Source: a virus
Direction: 5' to 3' (one strand)
Length of the DNA stretch: 64,000 nt
IMG/VR virus record: IMGVR_UViG_3300044624_000801
Coordinates: 2,924-66,923 of that record
Shown here: positions 38,333 to 47,030 of the stretch, one piece after another
Layout: each line of letters opens with the position of its first letter
How positions within the stretch are numbered: the first letter of the stretch is position 1
The notes under the pieces: generated by a model
The model's input: the letters and a program-made list of their open reading frames with translations, nothing else
What the model was told of the DNA's origin: nothing
The model's database searches: none
Position numbers and translations under genes: made by a program

Positions 38333-40803
38333 TATCCGTTCCAATCGCCTAGTGCGGCATTGTTATTTGTTATTTCTTGGTCGCTTATAGTAGATTCCGA
38401 ACCAACACTGTCTGCTTCAATATTAGCAATGGCCTGTTCATAATCAGGATCATCAGATTGCAGCGAAGTGTCGACTGGGGGACCAGCATCTTGGTTAACA
38501 CCCAGCGCAACTTCTGGTGCATTTCTGTCTACCAATTCTTGATGTACTTGTCTAATAATTTCTAATGTCTGCGTAAATTTGCCACCAGAAAACCTGCTTT
38601 CTACAAACTTTATCTTATAAAGCCCACTGAAACTTTGTACCAACATAGAACTAGATTGTAAATTTTTGTAAACGTTGGTACCTTCTTGAATGTCTGTAGG
38701 TGTTCTAAAATTAACAACTATATAGATTTCAGTATTCTGATAATTCATACTGCCGTCACTGTTGATCATCCTATAATTTGTTTCAGGACTGGTATAATTT
38801 CCAATTCCGCTATCACCAAGAAAATAAGGATCTCCATGAATTTTCAAATCTGTATTCACTAGATCCTGTCCCAACACCAGTGCATCCATAAAATTTCTAG
38901 CTATTCGTGTGGAAATATCTTCTTGGCCGCCGCCACCTTTTTTATCTGTACCACTTTGATCAGCAGTATATGACACTTGTCTTGTTGTAGCATTGGCAAT
39001 GTTATTAGCACCACTGTCAAATGTGGGCTCTTTGTCTACTTCTGTTGCATCTTGTCCTGTTTGTTGTTTAGTTTTAGTATCTTGAGATGATTTAAATCCG
39101 TCAGGGGCCACTGCTTTTCTAAAAGTAGCATCAAGATTAATTTGGAAATCAATTACTTCAGTATTCTTACCTGTGTAGATATAGTCATAAACTTTGATTG
39201 CTTCTTCTTTTAATTTCTTAGCACCTTTTGGTGCTGCACCGGGAGGTAACAGTATTGCCGAATTGACCTTGTATGCCACTACCCTGAACACTATCAATTT
39301 GGGAAGTCTGCCGGTTTTGCCTAAGTTTGCTGTGGTTTTCTTTTCGTATACTTGCGGATCAATACGCCACCACGGTATCATACCTGCATCATCAACCTGC
39401 CCGTCACGTAGAGCCTGTTTAGCGTAGTCACTCATTAACACCACTTGATTGATTACGTTGGTAATGTCAGTGCCTTGTAAAAATTTAAAATCGCTAGTGG
39501 TCACGTTGACTTCTAAATTTCCTCTTACGTAAACACCTTTTTCTTTATCGTAGATAGCATTGTCTTTGCCAAACGGACTGTCGCCTTGCCTCGCCGAAGT
39601 AAATCCCATGCTGGCTGATCCAACAGTGTTAACCGAACCTGTTTCTTGCACCTGAGTTTTGTTTAATTCTCCAGTGCTTCTTTTTAATTTTAATTTACTG
39701 TAGATGTCGTTGCTTCCAGCAGAGTTTTTAGGATTTTTTGTTGCAGCATTGATATCTTCAGCGGCTGATTGCAGGGGTGAAGACGGATCTTGTGGGAATA
39801 ATATCACAATTTCATCTGGTTCACGATTGTCAGTTTTTGCTTGTTCTATGAGATAATCATTAATCACACGTTGTAAACTTTTTTCTCCAGTTTGCAACAT
39901 TTCTTGAACTGTTTCTCCGCTGATGTTCGTATCACTTTGAATTACATGAAAACCTCTGTTAAATGCCTGTTGATTATGAGGATTGGCTACGATTTCATAT
40001 TCTGTGCCTTTGGTAGTAACTCGGGCATTGATTGTAGCAAAAGTAAAAGGATATAATCTTCTTTCTAGAGGCAACGAAGCAGCCAATTGATCTTCTGTGT
40101 GCCCAGCAAAGTCAATGGTTAATAAAAATGGTGTGTTGCTTAAGTAAGTTGAATATCCTGCGTCTTCAGCAGCAACTTGTAATGCCTGCGCAAATAATCC
40201 CATACTGTAAGGTTCAATAACTTTAAATCGAAATGTCATATTGTTGGTATTGACAGCGTCTTTGCTGAATGAACATGTATGTGGTATGGTTAAATCATCC
40301 ATAAAAAAATCATATTTTCCGAATGCCGTGTTGACTCGATTTTCTGGATTTATTGAGCCGCTGGCCAGCACCAACTGATTAAATCTTCCGGCGCGGTATG
40401 TAGAATCAGGAAAATTTATGCTTTGATTATCAAGACACGATATAGTAAAAATATAATTGTAACTGGCAAATTTACTTAGAATATTAGCAAATGGAGGTTT
40501 TTGAGAAATTGTGTTTTTTGTTTTTGCACCTTCAGCATTTTCATTGATATTACCAAGATTTACTTTTAACTCAGGAACAAAATTTCCCAAGGCACGCAAT
40601 ACTCCAGCACCACCTAGCAATTGTCCGGCTGCCGAGGCCAATTGATTACCTAGTTGTGGAACAATACTAGTTGGGTTGGCTATTGCTCCTGCAAGACTTT
40701 TTACAGCATTAACGCCTTGTACAATACTAGCACCGGTTAATACTGTTGAGACTGCCTTAGTTGCGGTGGTTGCACTTAATTTGTCAAGACCAAAATTAGA
40801 CAT
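38332..40803 (-). CDS. baseplate hub protein (gp27-like)
   Basis: Lies between gp53 and gp5. C-terminal LKIHGDP...FSGLYKIKFVESRFSGGKFTQTLEI is typical of hub proteins. Confidence 0.65.
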   Translation of the reverse strand: MSNFGLDKLSATTATKAVSTVLTGASIVQGVNAVKSLAGAIANPTSIVPQLGNQLASAAGQLLGGAGVLRALGNFVPELKVNLGNINENAEGAKTKNTISQKPPFANILSKFASYNYIFTISCLDNQSINFPDSTYRAGRFNQLVLASGSINPENRVNTAFGKYDFFMDDLTIPHTCSFSKDAVNTNNMTFRFKVIEPYSMGLFAQALQVAAEDAGYSTYLSNTPFLLTIDFAGHTEDQLAASLPLERRLYPFTFATINARVTTKGTEYEIVANPHNQQAFNRGFHVIQSDTNISGETVQEMLQTGEKSLQRVINDYLIEQAKTDNREPDEIVILFPQDPSSPLQSAAEDINAATKNPKNSAGSNDIYSKLKLKRSTGELNKTQVQETGSVNTVGSASMGFTSARQGDSPFGKDNAIYDKEKGVYVRGNLEVNVTTSDFKFLQGTDITNVINQVVLMSDYAKQALRDGQVDDAGMIPWWRIDPQVYEKKTTANLGKTGRLPKLIVFRVVAYKVNSAILLPPGAAPKGAKKLKEEAIKVYDYIYTGKNTEVIDFQINLDATFRKAVAPDGFKSSQDTKTKQQTGQDATEVDKEPTFDSGANNIANATTRQVSYTADQSGTDKKGGGGQEDISTRIARNFMDALVLGQDLVNTDLKIHGDPYFLGDSGIGNYTSPETNYRMINSDGSMNYQNTEIYIVVNFRTPTDIQEGTNVYKNLQSSSMLVQSFSGLYKIKFVESRFSGGKFTQTLEIIRQVHQELVDRNAPEVALGVNQDAGPPVDTSLQSDDPDYEQAIANIEADSVGSESTISDQEITNNNAALGDWNG

Positions 40804-40804
40804 A

Positions 40805-41113
40805 TCAAATTCCCAATGTTGAAACTAATCCAGATTTTTTAGGGATAAAAATCTGAGTACCTGCAATAAAATCAAACACAGGATCTTGTATTATATCTAG
40901 ATTTCGTTGTGCAAATACCCACCAAAGTTTGGATGTGCCATACAGATCAAACGACAACAGATCAGGTCTGTAGGTATATTGAGGTTCAATAGTGTAAAGA
41001 TAATCATCTTGTTCTGCAGACACTGGTCTAATTTTTAATATGTCAAGATAGTCCTTGGCAATTCTAGTAGAAAACCAAGGACTGGTGTTAGTATAGATGC
41101 TGTTAACTGACAT
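40805..41113 (-). CDS. gp53: baseplate wedge gp53-like (LysM-type)
   Basis: YRPDLLSFDLYGTSKLWWVFAQRN motif. Confidence 0.85.
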   Translation of the reverse strand: MSVNSIYTNTSPWFSTRIAKDYLDILKIRPVSAEQDDYLYTIEPQYTYRPDLLSFDLYGTSKLWWVFAQRNLDIIQDPVFDFIAGTQIFIPKKSGLVSTLGI

Positions 41114-42150
41114 TAGATATATCCTGTTCCGTTAGATTTAACATAGTCACCGTTGACGAATTTTTGTAGACTAAATGTTCTAGCACTGTCTCTACTGTAT
41201 ATTGGTTGCAATGAAATTGACATTGAACTTTTTGTAGGTACATACGTTTTGCTGCCGCTTGTGCCACCACCAGCATTGGCCAATTGACGAGCAAAACTGT
41301 TGGCTACGCCCGAAATCCCTTGTATAACATTGTTTGCTTTGCTTAATGCTGCTCCGGCTCTTGGATTTATTGCTCCCAGTATGCCCACTGTAGCGTCAGC
41401 TAATCCAAATGCTGCACCAAATGTGTCCACGTTGGCTGCTTCTGACATGTCTGTGGCAATATAATCGCTGGCAGCATCAAGATCCACACTGACATTGGTA
41501 ACCACTACTGGTATATTTTTAAAAACAAAATCACCATAGGCACTGAAATATAAAATTGGGGGCGGGTTACCTGCTAATGCATCTTGGCCGCTGAACATCT
41601 TAGTCACTGATCTTAAAAAATGCACCATAGATACCCAATATGCTGCTTGCACACTGTCTTCACAATAGAAAGGTGCAGTGATGTTAATTGAGTCTGCTTG
41701 ACTGTTTACATAACTTTGAAATGCAAAATTTTGATGTATTGGTTTGGTCGCATCATAATTTGCACTGTTACTGATTCTTATAGTAGGTGTATACGGGAAC
41801 ACTGCGCCGCCTGCGGCTCGTAACGGTGCCAGTATCGGACTACTGGTGAAACTGTCTATACTAGGAATACTTAATCGCACACGCCAGTCCGTATCACTAA
41901 ACGTAGCAGCAGCATTGTTTATTTTACCAGTAGGCTCACCTTTAGATGGAAGATTGATACTTCTAATTGAACTAATGATGCCGCCTACTGCTGCTAAATT
42001 ATTAAGAGCGCCGCTGAGTCTGTTGGCTGCGCCGCCAATGGCTCCAAGATTGCCTGTGGCTAGGCCCGAAATAGATCCAATAGATCTAGCCGCGGTTGCC
42101 AGTGTGGCAGCGCCGGATCCGAATCTGTTACTGTCAAAAATAGATGCCAT
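41113..42150 (-). CDS. baseplate-tail tube initiator (gp48/gp54-like)
   Basis: VFPYTPTI, PPPILYFSAYG..FKNIPVVVTNV and VPTKS.MSISLQP tube-fold motifs. Start at ATG 42150 after GGGAG. Confidence 0.65.
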   Translation of the reverse strand: MASIFDSNRFGSGAATLATAARSIGSISGLATGNLGAIGGAANRLSGALNNLAAVGGIISSIRSINLPSKGEPTGKINNAAATFSDTDWRVRLSIPSIDSFTSSPILAPLRAAGGAVFPYTPTIRISNSANYDATKPIHQNFAFQSYVNSQADSINITAPFYCEDSVQAAYWVSMVHFLRSVTKMFSGQDALAGNPPPILYFSAYGDFVFKNIPVVVTNVSVDLDAASDYIATDMSEAANVDTFGAAFGLADATVGILGAINPRAGAALSKANNVIQGISGVANSFARQLANAGGGTSGSKTYVPTKSSMSISLQPIYSRDSARTFSLQKFVNGDYVKSNGTGYI

Positions 42151-42170
42151 GTGTACTCCCAATATCATCA

Positions 42171-42178
42171 TATTTAGT
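42171..42178 (-). promoter_or_regulatory. late promoter variant ACTAAATA heading the baseplate operon
   Basis: TAAATA core about 20 nt upstream of the ATG at 42150. Confidence 0.55.
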
Positions 42179-42206
42179 TGACAAAATTAACTGTATAGTT
42201 TAAAAT
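42178..42206 (+). promoter_or_regulatory. sigma70-type promoter for gp55
   Basis: TTGACA (42178-42183), a 17-nt spacer, then TAAAAT (42201-42206). Confidence 0.8.
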
Positions 42207-42224
42207 AGCATAAGGAAAGATATA

Positions 42225-43046
42225 ATGAAAATAAATTATTTGAACAATAAAGACATTTTAGAAGAGATACATCGCAGTAAAAATTCATTTAGTTCTTATA
42301 CACAACCAGAATTTCATCAATACGATATTATTTTACCAACTGTAGAAAAGATCAATATTCGTACTGTTGCAGAGGCTAAACGTGCTAAAGCAAAACGATT
42401 AGGGGATGCTGAATATCATCGACGTAAAGCAGCCGGTGAAAAAGTCAAACAAGTAGACACAGAAGTCGATTATAAAAAAATAGCAAAGACTGATGTAATT
42501 TTTAGAATCATGACCTATGAGCATATTCCTGCAAATTCTACTAGAAAACGCAATCCAAAGAGTGAAGCAGATAAAAGAGATCGAGTAAATTTTCCGGCGT
42601 TCCAGCATTGGAAATTCGATGAAAATGATCAATTAATATGTGTGGGCAAAAGTCATTGGCAAGGCGCATTAGACACTGGGCATTTTAATAAAGATCACGG
42701 ACAAATTACACCCACATTGGCACGTATGTTTTTGAAACTGTGTGAACGTTATGCCACTCGCGGCAATGTGCGTGGTTATACTTACAACGATGAAATGCGT
42801 GGACAGGCTATTTTGCAATTGACGCAGATCGGCCTACAGTTTGACGAATCAAAATCAAACAATCCGTTTGCCTATTACACTGCTGCCGTAACTAACAGTT
42901 TTGTTCGAGTTATTAATATTGAAAAACGTAATCAAAGTATTCGTGATGATATTTTAGAAATAAACGGAATGAATCCTAGTTATTCAAGAACTGGGGCCGG
43001 TGAACACGCTGCTGCTATCAAACGATTTGACGAAACAACCGATTGA
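42225..43046 (+). CDS. gp55: late transcription sigma factor gp55-like
   Basis: N-terminal NYLNNKD; YTYNDEM..A...L....FD..KS.NPFAYYT....NSF.R.I..EK; directly upstream of gp47/gp46 as in T4. Confidence 0.88.
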   Translation: MKINYLNNKDILEEIHRSKNSFSSYTQPEFHQYDIILPTVEKINIRTVAEAKRAKAKRLGDAEYHRRKAAGEKVKQVDTEVDYKKIAKTDVIFRIMTYEHIPANSTRKRNPKSEADKRDRVNFPAFQHWKFDENDQLICVGKSHWQGALDTGHFNKDHGQITPTLARMFLKLCERYATRGNVRGYTYNDEMRGQAILQLTQIGLQFDESKSNNPFAYYTAAVTNSFVRVINIEKRNQSIRDDILEINGMNPSYSRTGAGEHAAAIKRFDETTD

Positions 43047-43071
43047 TCTCTGTTGGTCATTGTTGTATAAT
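43043..43071 (+). promoter_or_regulatory. sigma70-type promoter for gp47/gp46
   Basis: TTGATC, a 17-nt spacer, then TATAAT (43066-43071). Confidence 0.65.
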
Positions 43072-43089
43072 AGCAAAAAGGAATTTACA

Positions 43090-44103
43090 TTGAGCAATCT
43101 TTTTAAAAAAGTAGCGTGTTTTACAGACATACATTTTGGTCTTAAAAGCAATTCATCAGTCCACAATCAAGATTGTGAGGACTTTGTTGATTGGTATATA
43201 CAAAAAGCCAAGGAGCAAGGATGTGACACAGGTATTTTTATGGGCGATTGGCATCACAACCGCAATAGTCTTAATATTACAACTATGGACTACTCCCTTC
43301 GAGCACTGGAAAAACTCGGACAGGCTTTTGATCAGTTTTATTTCTTTCCTGGTAATCATGATCTTTACTATAAAGATAAGCGTGATATCCACTCTGTAGA
43401 ATTTGGCAAATATATTCCTGGCATCACTGTGGTGCATAAACCTATGACTCAAGGCGATGTTACACTGTGTCCTTGGCTTGTTGGAGAAGAATGGCGACAT
43501 ATTGGCAAGAAGGGTGGCAAGTATATCTTTGGACATTTTGAATTGCCCAGTTTCTTTATGAACGCCATGGTGCAGATGCCGGATCATGGAGAAATAAATC
43601 TTGAAAGTTTCAAAGGTTATGAATTAGGGTTCAGTGGACATTTTCATAAACGTCAACAACAACGTAATATGATCTATATTGGCAATGCATTTCCTCACAA
43701 CTATGCAGATGCATGGGACGACGAACGTGGTATGATGATATTAGAGTGGGGTGGACAACCAGAATATATCAATTGGCCTGACTGTCCTAAATTTAGAACT
43801 ATCAAACTAAGTCAACTTATTGATCAAGCAGACAATTTGTTAAGCAGTAAGATGCATCTTCGAGTTACATTAGATATTGATATCAGTTACGAAGAAGCCA
43901 GTTTTATCAAAGAAAAATTTGTTAATGATTACGACATTAGAGAACTTACACTTATTCCAGAAAAGAAAGAAGTTGAGATGAACACTAGCATTGATGTTCA
44001 AAGTTTTGAAAGTGTTGATCAAATTGTTAGTAAACAATTGATAAACATAGAAAGTGATACTTTTGATACCAAAGTACTATTGAGTGTATATAATAATTTA
44101 TGA
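43090..44103 (+). CDS. gp47: recombination endonuclease subunit gp47 (Mre11/SbcD-like)
   Basis: Metallophosphoesterase motifs TDIHFG, GDWHH, GNHD and GHFH. TTG start at 43090 after AAGGA. Confidence 0.93.
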   Translation: MSNLFKKVACFTDIHFGLKSNSSVHNQDCEDFVDWYIQKAKEQGCDTGIFMGDWHHNRNSLNITTMDYSLRALEKLGQAFDQFYFFPGNHDLYYKDKRDIHSVEFGKYIPGITVVHKPMTQGDVTLCPWLVGEEWRHIGKKGGKYIFGHFELPSFFMNAMVQMPDHGEINLESFKGYELGFSGHFHKRQQQRNMIYIGNAFPHNYADAWDDERGMMILEWGGQPEYINWPDCPKFRTIKLSQLIDQADNLLSSKMHLRVTLDIDISYEEASFIKEKFVNDYDIRELTLIPEKKEVEMNTSIDVQSFESVDQIVSKQLINIESDTFDTKVLLSVYNNL

Positions 44104-45878
44104 TTCGTATAAAAGATCTAACTGTAAAAAATTTCATGAGTGTGGGTAATCAGACTCAGGCTGTAAACTTTGATCGAGAACAACTGACATTGGTACTAGG
44201 TGAAAACTTAGATCAAGGCGGCGACGACAGCGGCAGTCGCAATGGAACTGGTAAAACTACCATTGTAAATGCATTAAGTTTTGCATTGTATGGTCAGGCA
44301 CTAACTAATATCAAAAAAGATAATTTAATCAACAAAATCAACAACAAAAACATGTTGGTCACGTTGACATTTAACAAAGACGGTGTTGATTATCGTGTAG
44401 AGCGTGGGCGTAAACCCAACGTTATGAAATTTTTTGTTAATAATCAAGAGCAGGCATCTGAATCATCTGACGACAGTCAAGGCGACATGCGAGAAACTCA
44501 GAAAGATCTAGACGAATTGTTGGGTATGAGTCATACCATGTTTCGACATATACTGGCTTTAAACACATATACCGAACCGTTTCTGTCGATGAAAACCAAC
44601 GAGCAGAGAGAAATTATCGAACAACTGTTAGGCATTACTCTACTCAGTGAGAAAGCAGAATCTCTTAAAGAACAAATACGCATTAGTAAAGACAGTATCT
44701 ATCAAGAAAATGCTGATATCGAGGCTGCTAAAAAATCAAATGAAAAAATTCAGATCAGCATTACTGGTTTAGAAACCAGACAAAAAGCATGGTATAGTCA
44801 ACAGAAAGACGATTGTGCAAAAATTATACAGAGTATTGCCGAACTGCAGAGTGTAGACATTGAAAAAGAATTAGAACAACATGCTAAACTTAAAGTTTAT
44901 GATGAGCAGAGTGCTAAGATTAAGAGTCTTAACAAAGAAAAAGCCACATTAGAAACAGCAGTAGTTCAAGCAGATAAGTCTGTAAACAAATATTCTAAAG
45001 AAGTTGAACAGTTAAAGAATAAGACATGCCCGGCATGTGAACAAGAACTGCACACGCACAAGCATGAAGAAATGACTGCTGGTGCTGAAAAGAACTTGAT
45101 CGATGCACAAACTTATCTTGATAAAGTCAGCAACGATTATGCTGCCGTTGTTTTAGAGTTAGAGACTATTGGTGATATCAATGGTAGACCTAAAATATAC
45201 TATGATTCGTTAGAAGCGGCATTGAAACATCAAAATAATCTTGCAAGTTTAGAATCAGCACTGTCTAGTAGACAAGTTGAAGTAGATCCTTATCAAGAAC
45301 AAATTGATGATTTGAAACATACTGCTATTCAAGAGATCAATTGGGATAATATCAATGCCATTACCACATTGAAAGATCATCAAGAGTTTCTTTTAAAGTT
45401 ATTAACCAGTAAAGACAGTTTTATTCGTAAGAAGATCATTGATCAAAATCTTGCCTATCTAAACAATCGGTTAACTTATTATCTTGACAAGATGGGATTA
45501 CCGCATCAAGTTAATTTTCAAAACGATCTCAGTGTAGAAATTACACAGTTGGGTCAAGATTTAGATTTTGACAACCTAAGTAGAGGCGAACGCAATCGTT
45601 TAATTTTAGGATTGTCATGGAGTTTCCGTGATGTATGGGAAAGTCTATATCAAAATATCAACTTGTTGTTTATTGACGAATTAATCGACAATGGTTTAGA
45701 TTCTGCAGGTGTTGAAAGTGCATTGAGTGTTTTGAAAAAGATGGCTCGAGAGCGCAACAAAAATATCTATCTAATCAGCCACAAAGACGAATTGATAGGT
45801 CGTGTTACTAATGTTCTCAAAGTTATCAAAGAAAACGGATACACTTCATACAGCAATGACATTGAAATAGTAGAATGA
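44100..45878 (+). CDS. gp46: recombination ATPase subunit gp46 (Rad50/SbcC-like)
   Basis: KNFMSVGN, Walker A NGTGKT, coiled coil with a CPAC zinc hook, signature LSRGE, Walker B FIDE and ISH. Confidence 0.95.
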   Translation: MIRIKDLTVKNFMSVGNQTQAVNFDREQLTLVLGENLDQGGDDSGSRNGTGKTTIVNALSFALYGQALTNIKKDNLINKINNKNMLVTLTFNKDGVDYRVERGRKPNVMKFFVNNQEQASESSDDSQGDMRETQKDLDELLGMSHTMFRHILALNTYTEPFLSMKTNEQREIIEQLLGITLLSEKAESLKEQIRISKDSIYQENADIEAAKKSNEKIQISITGLETRQKAWYSQQKDDCAKIIQSIAELQSVDIEKELEQHAKLKVYDEQSAKIKSLNKEKATLETAVVQADKSVNKYSKEVEQLKNKTCPACEQELHTHKHEEMTAGAEKNLIDAQTYLDKVSNDYAAVVLELETIGDINGRPKIYYDSLEAALKHQNNLASLESALSSRQVEVDPYQEQIDDLKHTAIQEINWDNINAITTLKDHQEFLLKLLTSKDSFIRKKIIDQNLAYLNNRLTYYLDKMGLPHQVNFQNDLSVEITQLGQDLDFDNLSRGERNRLILGLSWSFRDVWESLYQNINLLFIDELIDNGLDSAGVESALSVLKKMARERNKNIYLISHKDELIGRVTNVLKVIKENGYTSYSNDIEIVE

Positions 45879-46108
45879 CAGACAGTCACGACGAGTTATA
45901 TCGAGCATTTCAACAATACTTTAAGTATAATCAAATTTGGGTCACTAGGGGAACCAAAAGAAGTGCTATGGATACTCGTTACTGGCTCAGTGAGATAAGA
46001 AGAATATGCAGTCAACGTCGTGTAGAAATACAAGATTGGCGGCATGAAAAAGATAAATTTAAGGCAATTCAAAAGGCAGAGCAGTCTGAAGATAAAGACA
46101 CTAACTAG
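45875..46108 (+). CDS. hypothetical protein
   Basis: 77-aa ORF with ATGA overlap to gp46. Confidence 0.65.
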   Translation: MTDSHDELYRAFQQYFKYNQIWVTRGTKRSAMDTRYWLSEIRRICSQRRVEIQDWRHEKDKFKAIQKAEQSEDKDTN

Positions 46109-46111
46109 TTA

Positions 46112-46537
46112 ATGTCATGGACTTATCAGAATGAAATTATCGAAACACTTCCCGAAGAGTGTATCGGATTTGTATATCTTATAACCAATGTCATCTCTGG
46201 CAGAAAATATATAGGCAAAAAACTTGCAAAATTCTCTAAGACTACGGTTAAAACTGTAAAACTAAAGAACGGTACCAAGAAGAAAAAGAAGATTAGAAGC
46301 AAAGTCGACAGCGACTGGCGTGACTATTACGGAAGTAGTCCTAATCTTCAAAAAGACATAGACGAATTAGGCAAAGAAAATTTCACAAGAGAAATCTTAT
46401 ATTACTGCAACTCAAAGGCGCAATGCTCTTACATCGAGGCCAGAGAACAATTCTCCCGTAAAGTATTAGAATCAGACGAGTATTACAACGGACACATACA
46501 AGTTCGTGTACATGGCTCACATATATTAAAATCTTAG
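46112..46537 (+). CDS. compact GIY-YIG family endonuclease (Seg-like catalytic domain only)
   Basis: GFVYLITN...KYIGKK, YYGSS, F.REIL and catalytic E in YIEAREQ, ending YYN. Lys-rich insert. No NUMOD/HTH tail. Confidence 0.8.
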   Translation: MSWTYQNEIIETLPEECIGFVYLITNVISGRKYIGKKLAKFSKTTVKTVKLKNGTKKKKKIRSKVDSDWRDYYGSSPNLQKDIDELGKENFTREILYYCNSKAQCSYIEAREQFSRKVLESDEYYNGHIQVRVHGSHILKS

Positions 46538-46940
46538 GCTCATTTAATCTAACACCCAAGGTTGGCGGGCCAGTTTGTAATACCGCTGTGGAAAAACCGG
46601 GGAATAACCGGACACGTAACATATTGATGCACTCCCGTGGAGGTAATCCACTATGCTGAAAAATTGCAAGAGAGTCTAAGGGTTCGAACCATACGCCCAA
46701 CGCATTGATATAGTATGAATGTTAGCATACGAAAAACCGTGCTATAAAAACTTAAACACTAGGAACGAGGTTTAAGACGCTGTAATAAGCGAGTCGATGT
46801 AGGTTGGGAAAGATCAGAGCCCATTAGCATTACGGTAAAACACCTATTTCCAACGTCTCGGCTGTGACAACTCACATGAAGACAAAAAGATGGAACCGTG
46901 CAAAACGGTTCCGTCTGACTGAAACAATCTACATGAATTT
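46538..46940 (+). ncRNA. putative large structured non-coding RNA (family unknown)
   Basis: ORF-free region in an otherwise gene-dense genome, with about 10 stems found by eye (several with G-U pairs on the + strand), A-rich linkers and long-range pairings. Confidence 0.6.
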
Positions 46941-46941
46941 A

Positions 46942-47015
46942 AACTACTTCGTAGTTATTGTTCTAAGAATAATGTGTTGAGCGTTAGCGAAAACACAGAC
47001 GAACTTAGTTCGTCT
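46942..47015. repeat. array of four abutting short hairpins
   Basis: AACTAC-ttc-GTAGTT, ATTGTTC-taa-GAATAAT, TGTGTT-gagcgttagcgaa-AACACA and GACGAAC-tta-GTTCGTC. Confidence 0.75.
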
Positions 47016-47017
47016 CA

Positions 47018-47025
47018 TATAAATA
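47018..47025 (+). promoter_or_regulatory. T4-type late promoter TATAAATA
   Basis: Perfect consensus 5 nt before the ATG at 47031. Confidence 0.8.
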
Positions 47026-47030
47026 TGTAC

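Noticed and set aside
12638-39427. Numerous + strand ORFs of 60-184 aa opposite the structural genes
   Set aside because: These are antisense shadows of long, codon-biased genes and lack RBS or promoter support.
46383-46700. 105-aa minus-strand ORF across the nuclease end and RNA region
   Set aside because: It is antisense to the GIY-YIG gene, has no RBS or recognisable motif, and has atypical composition.
46640-46705. tRNA gene suggested by GGTTCGAACC
   Set aside because: No 5-bp T-stem, acceptor stem or cloverleaf could be built around it.
46889-46915. Group II intron domain V (GAACCGTG...ACGGTTC)
   Set aside because: The hairpin lacks the upper stem and AC bulge. No GTGCG 5' end, domain VI or reverse transcriptase was seen.
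46112-47030. Group I intron carrying a GIY-YIG homing endonuclease
   Set aside because: Only partial look-alikes are present (GATATAGT near 46707, TCAGAG near 46814). They are in the wrong order and lack a complementary P7 with a G-binding pair. The flanking ORFs also appear complete, with no split host gene. A covariance search is still advisable.
46974-47030. Longer N-terminus given by the ORF track (also at 2074, 43000, 42171, 49134, 38344)
   Set aside because: These extensions run through promoters or hairpins or overlap upstream genes. Downstream starts with an RBS, promoter or stop-start overlap fit better.
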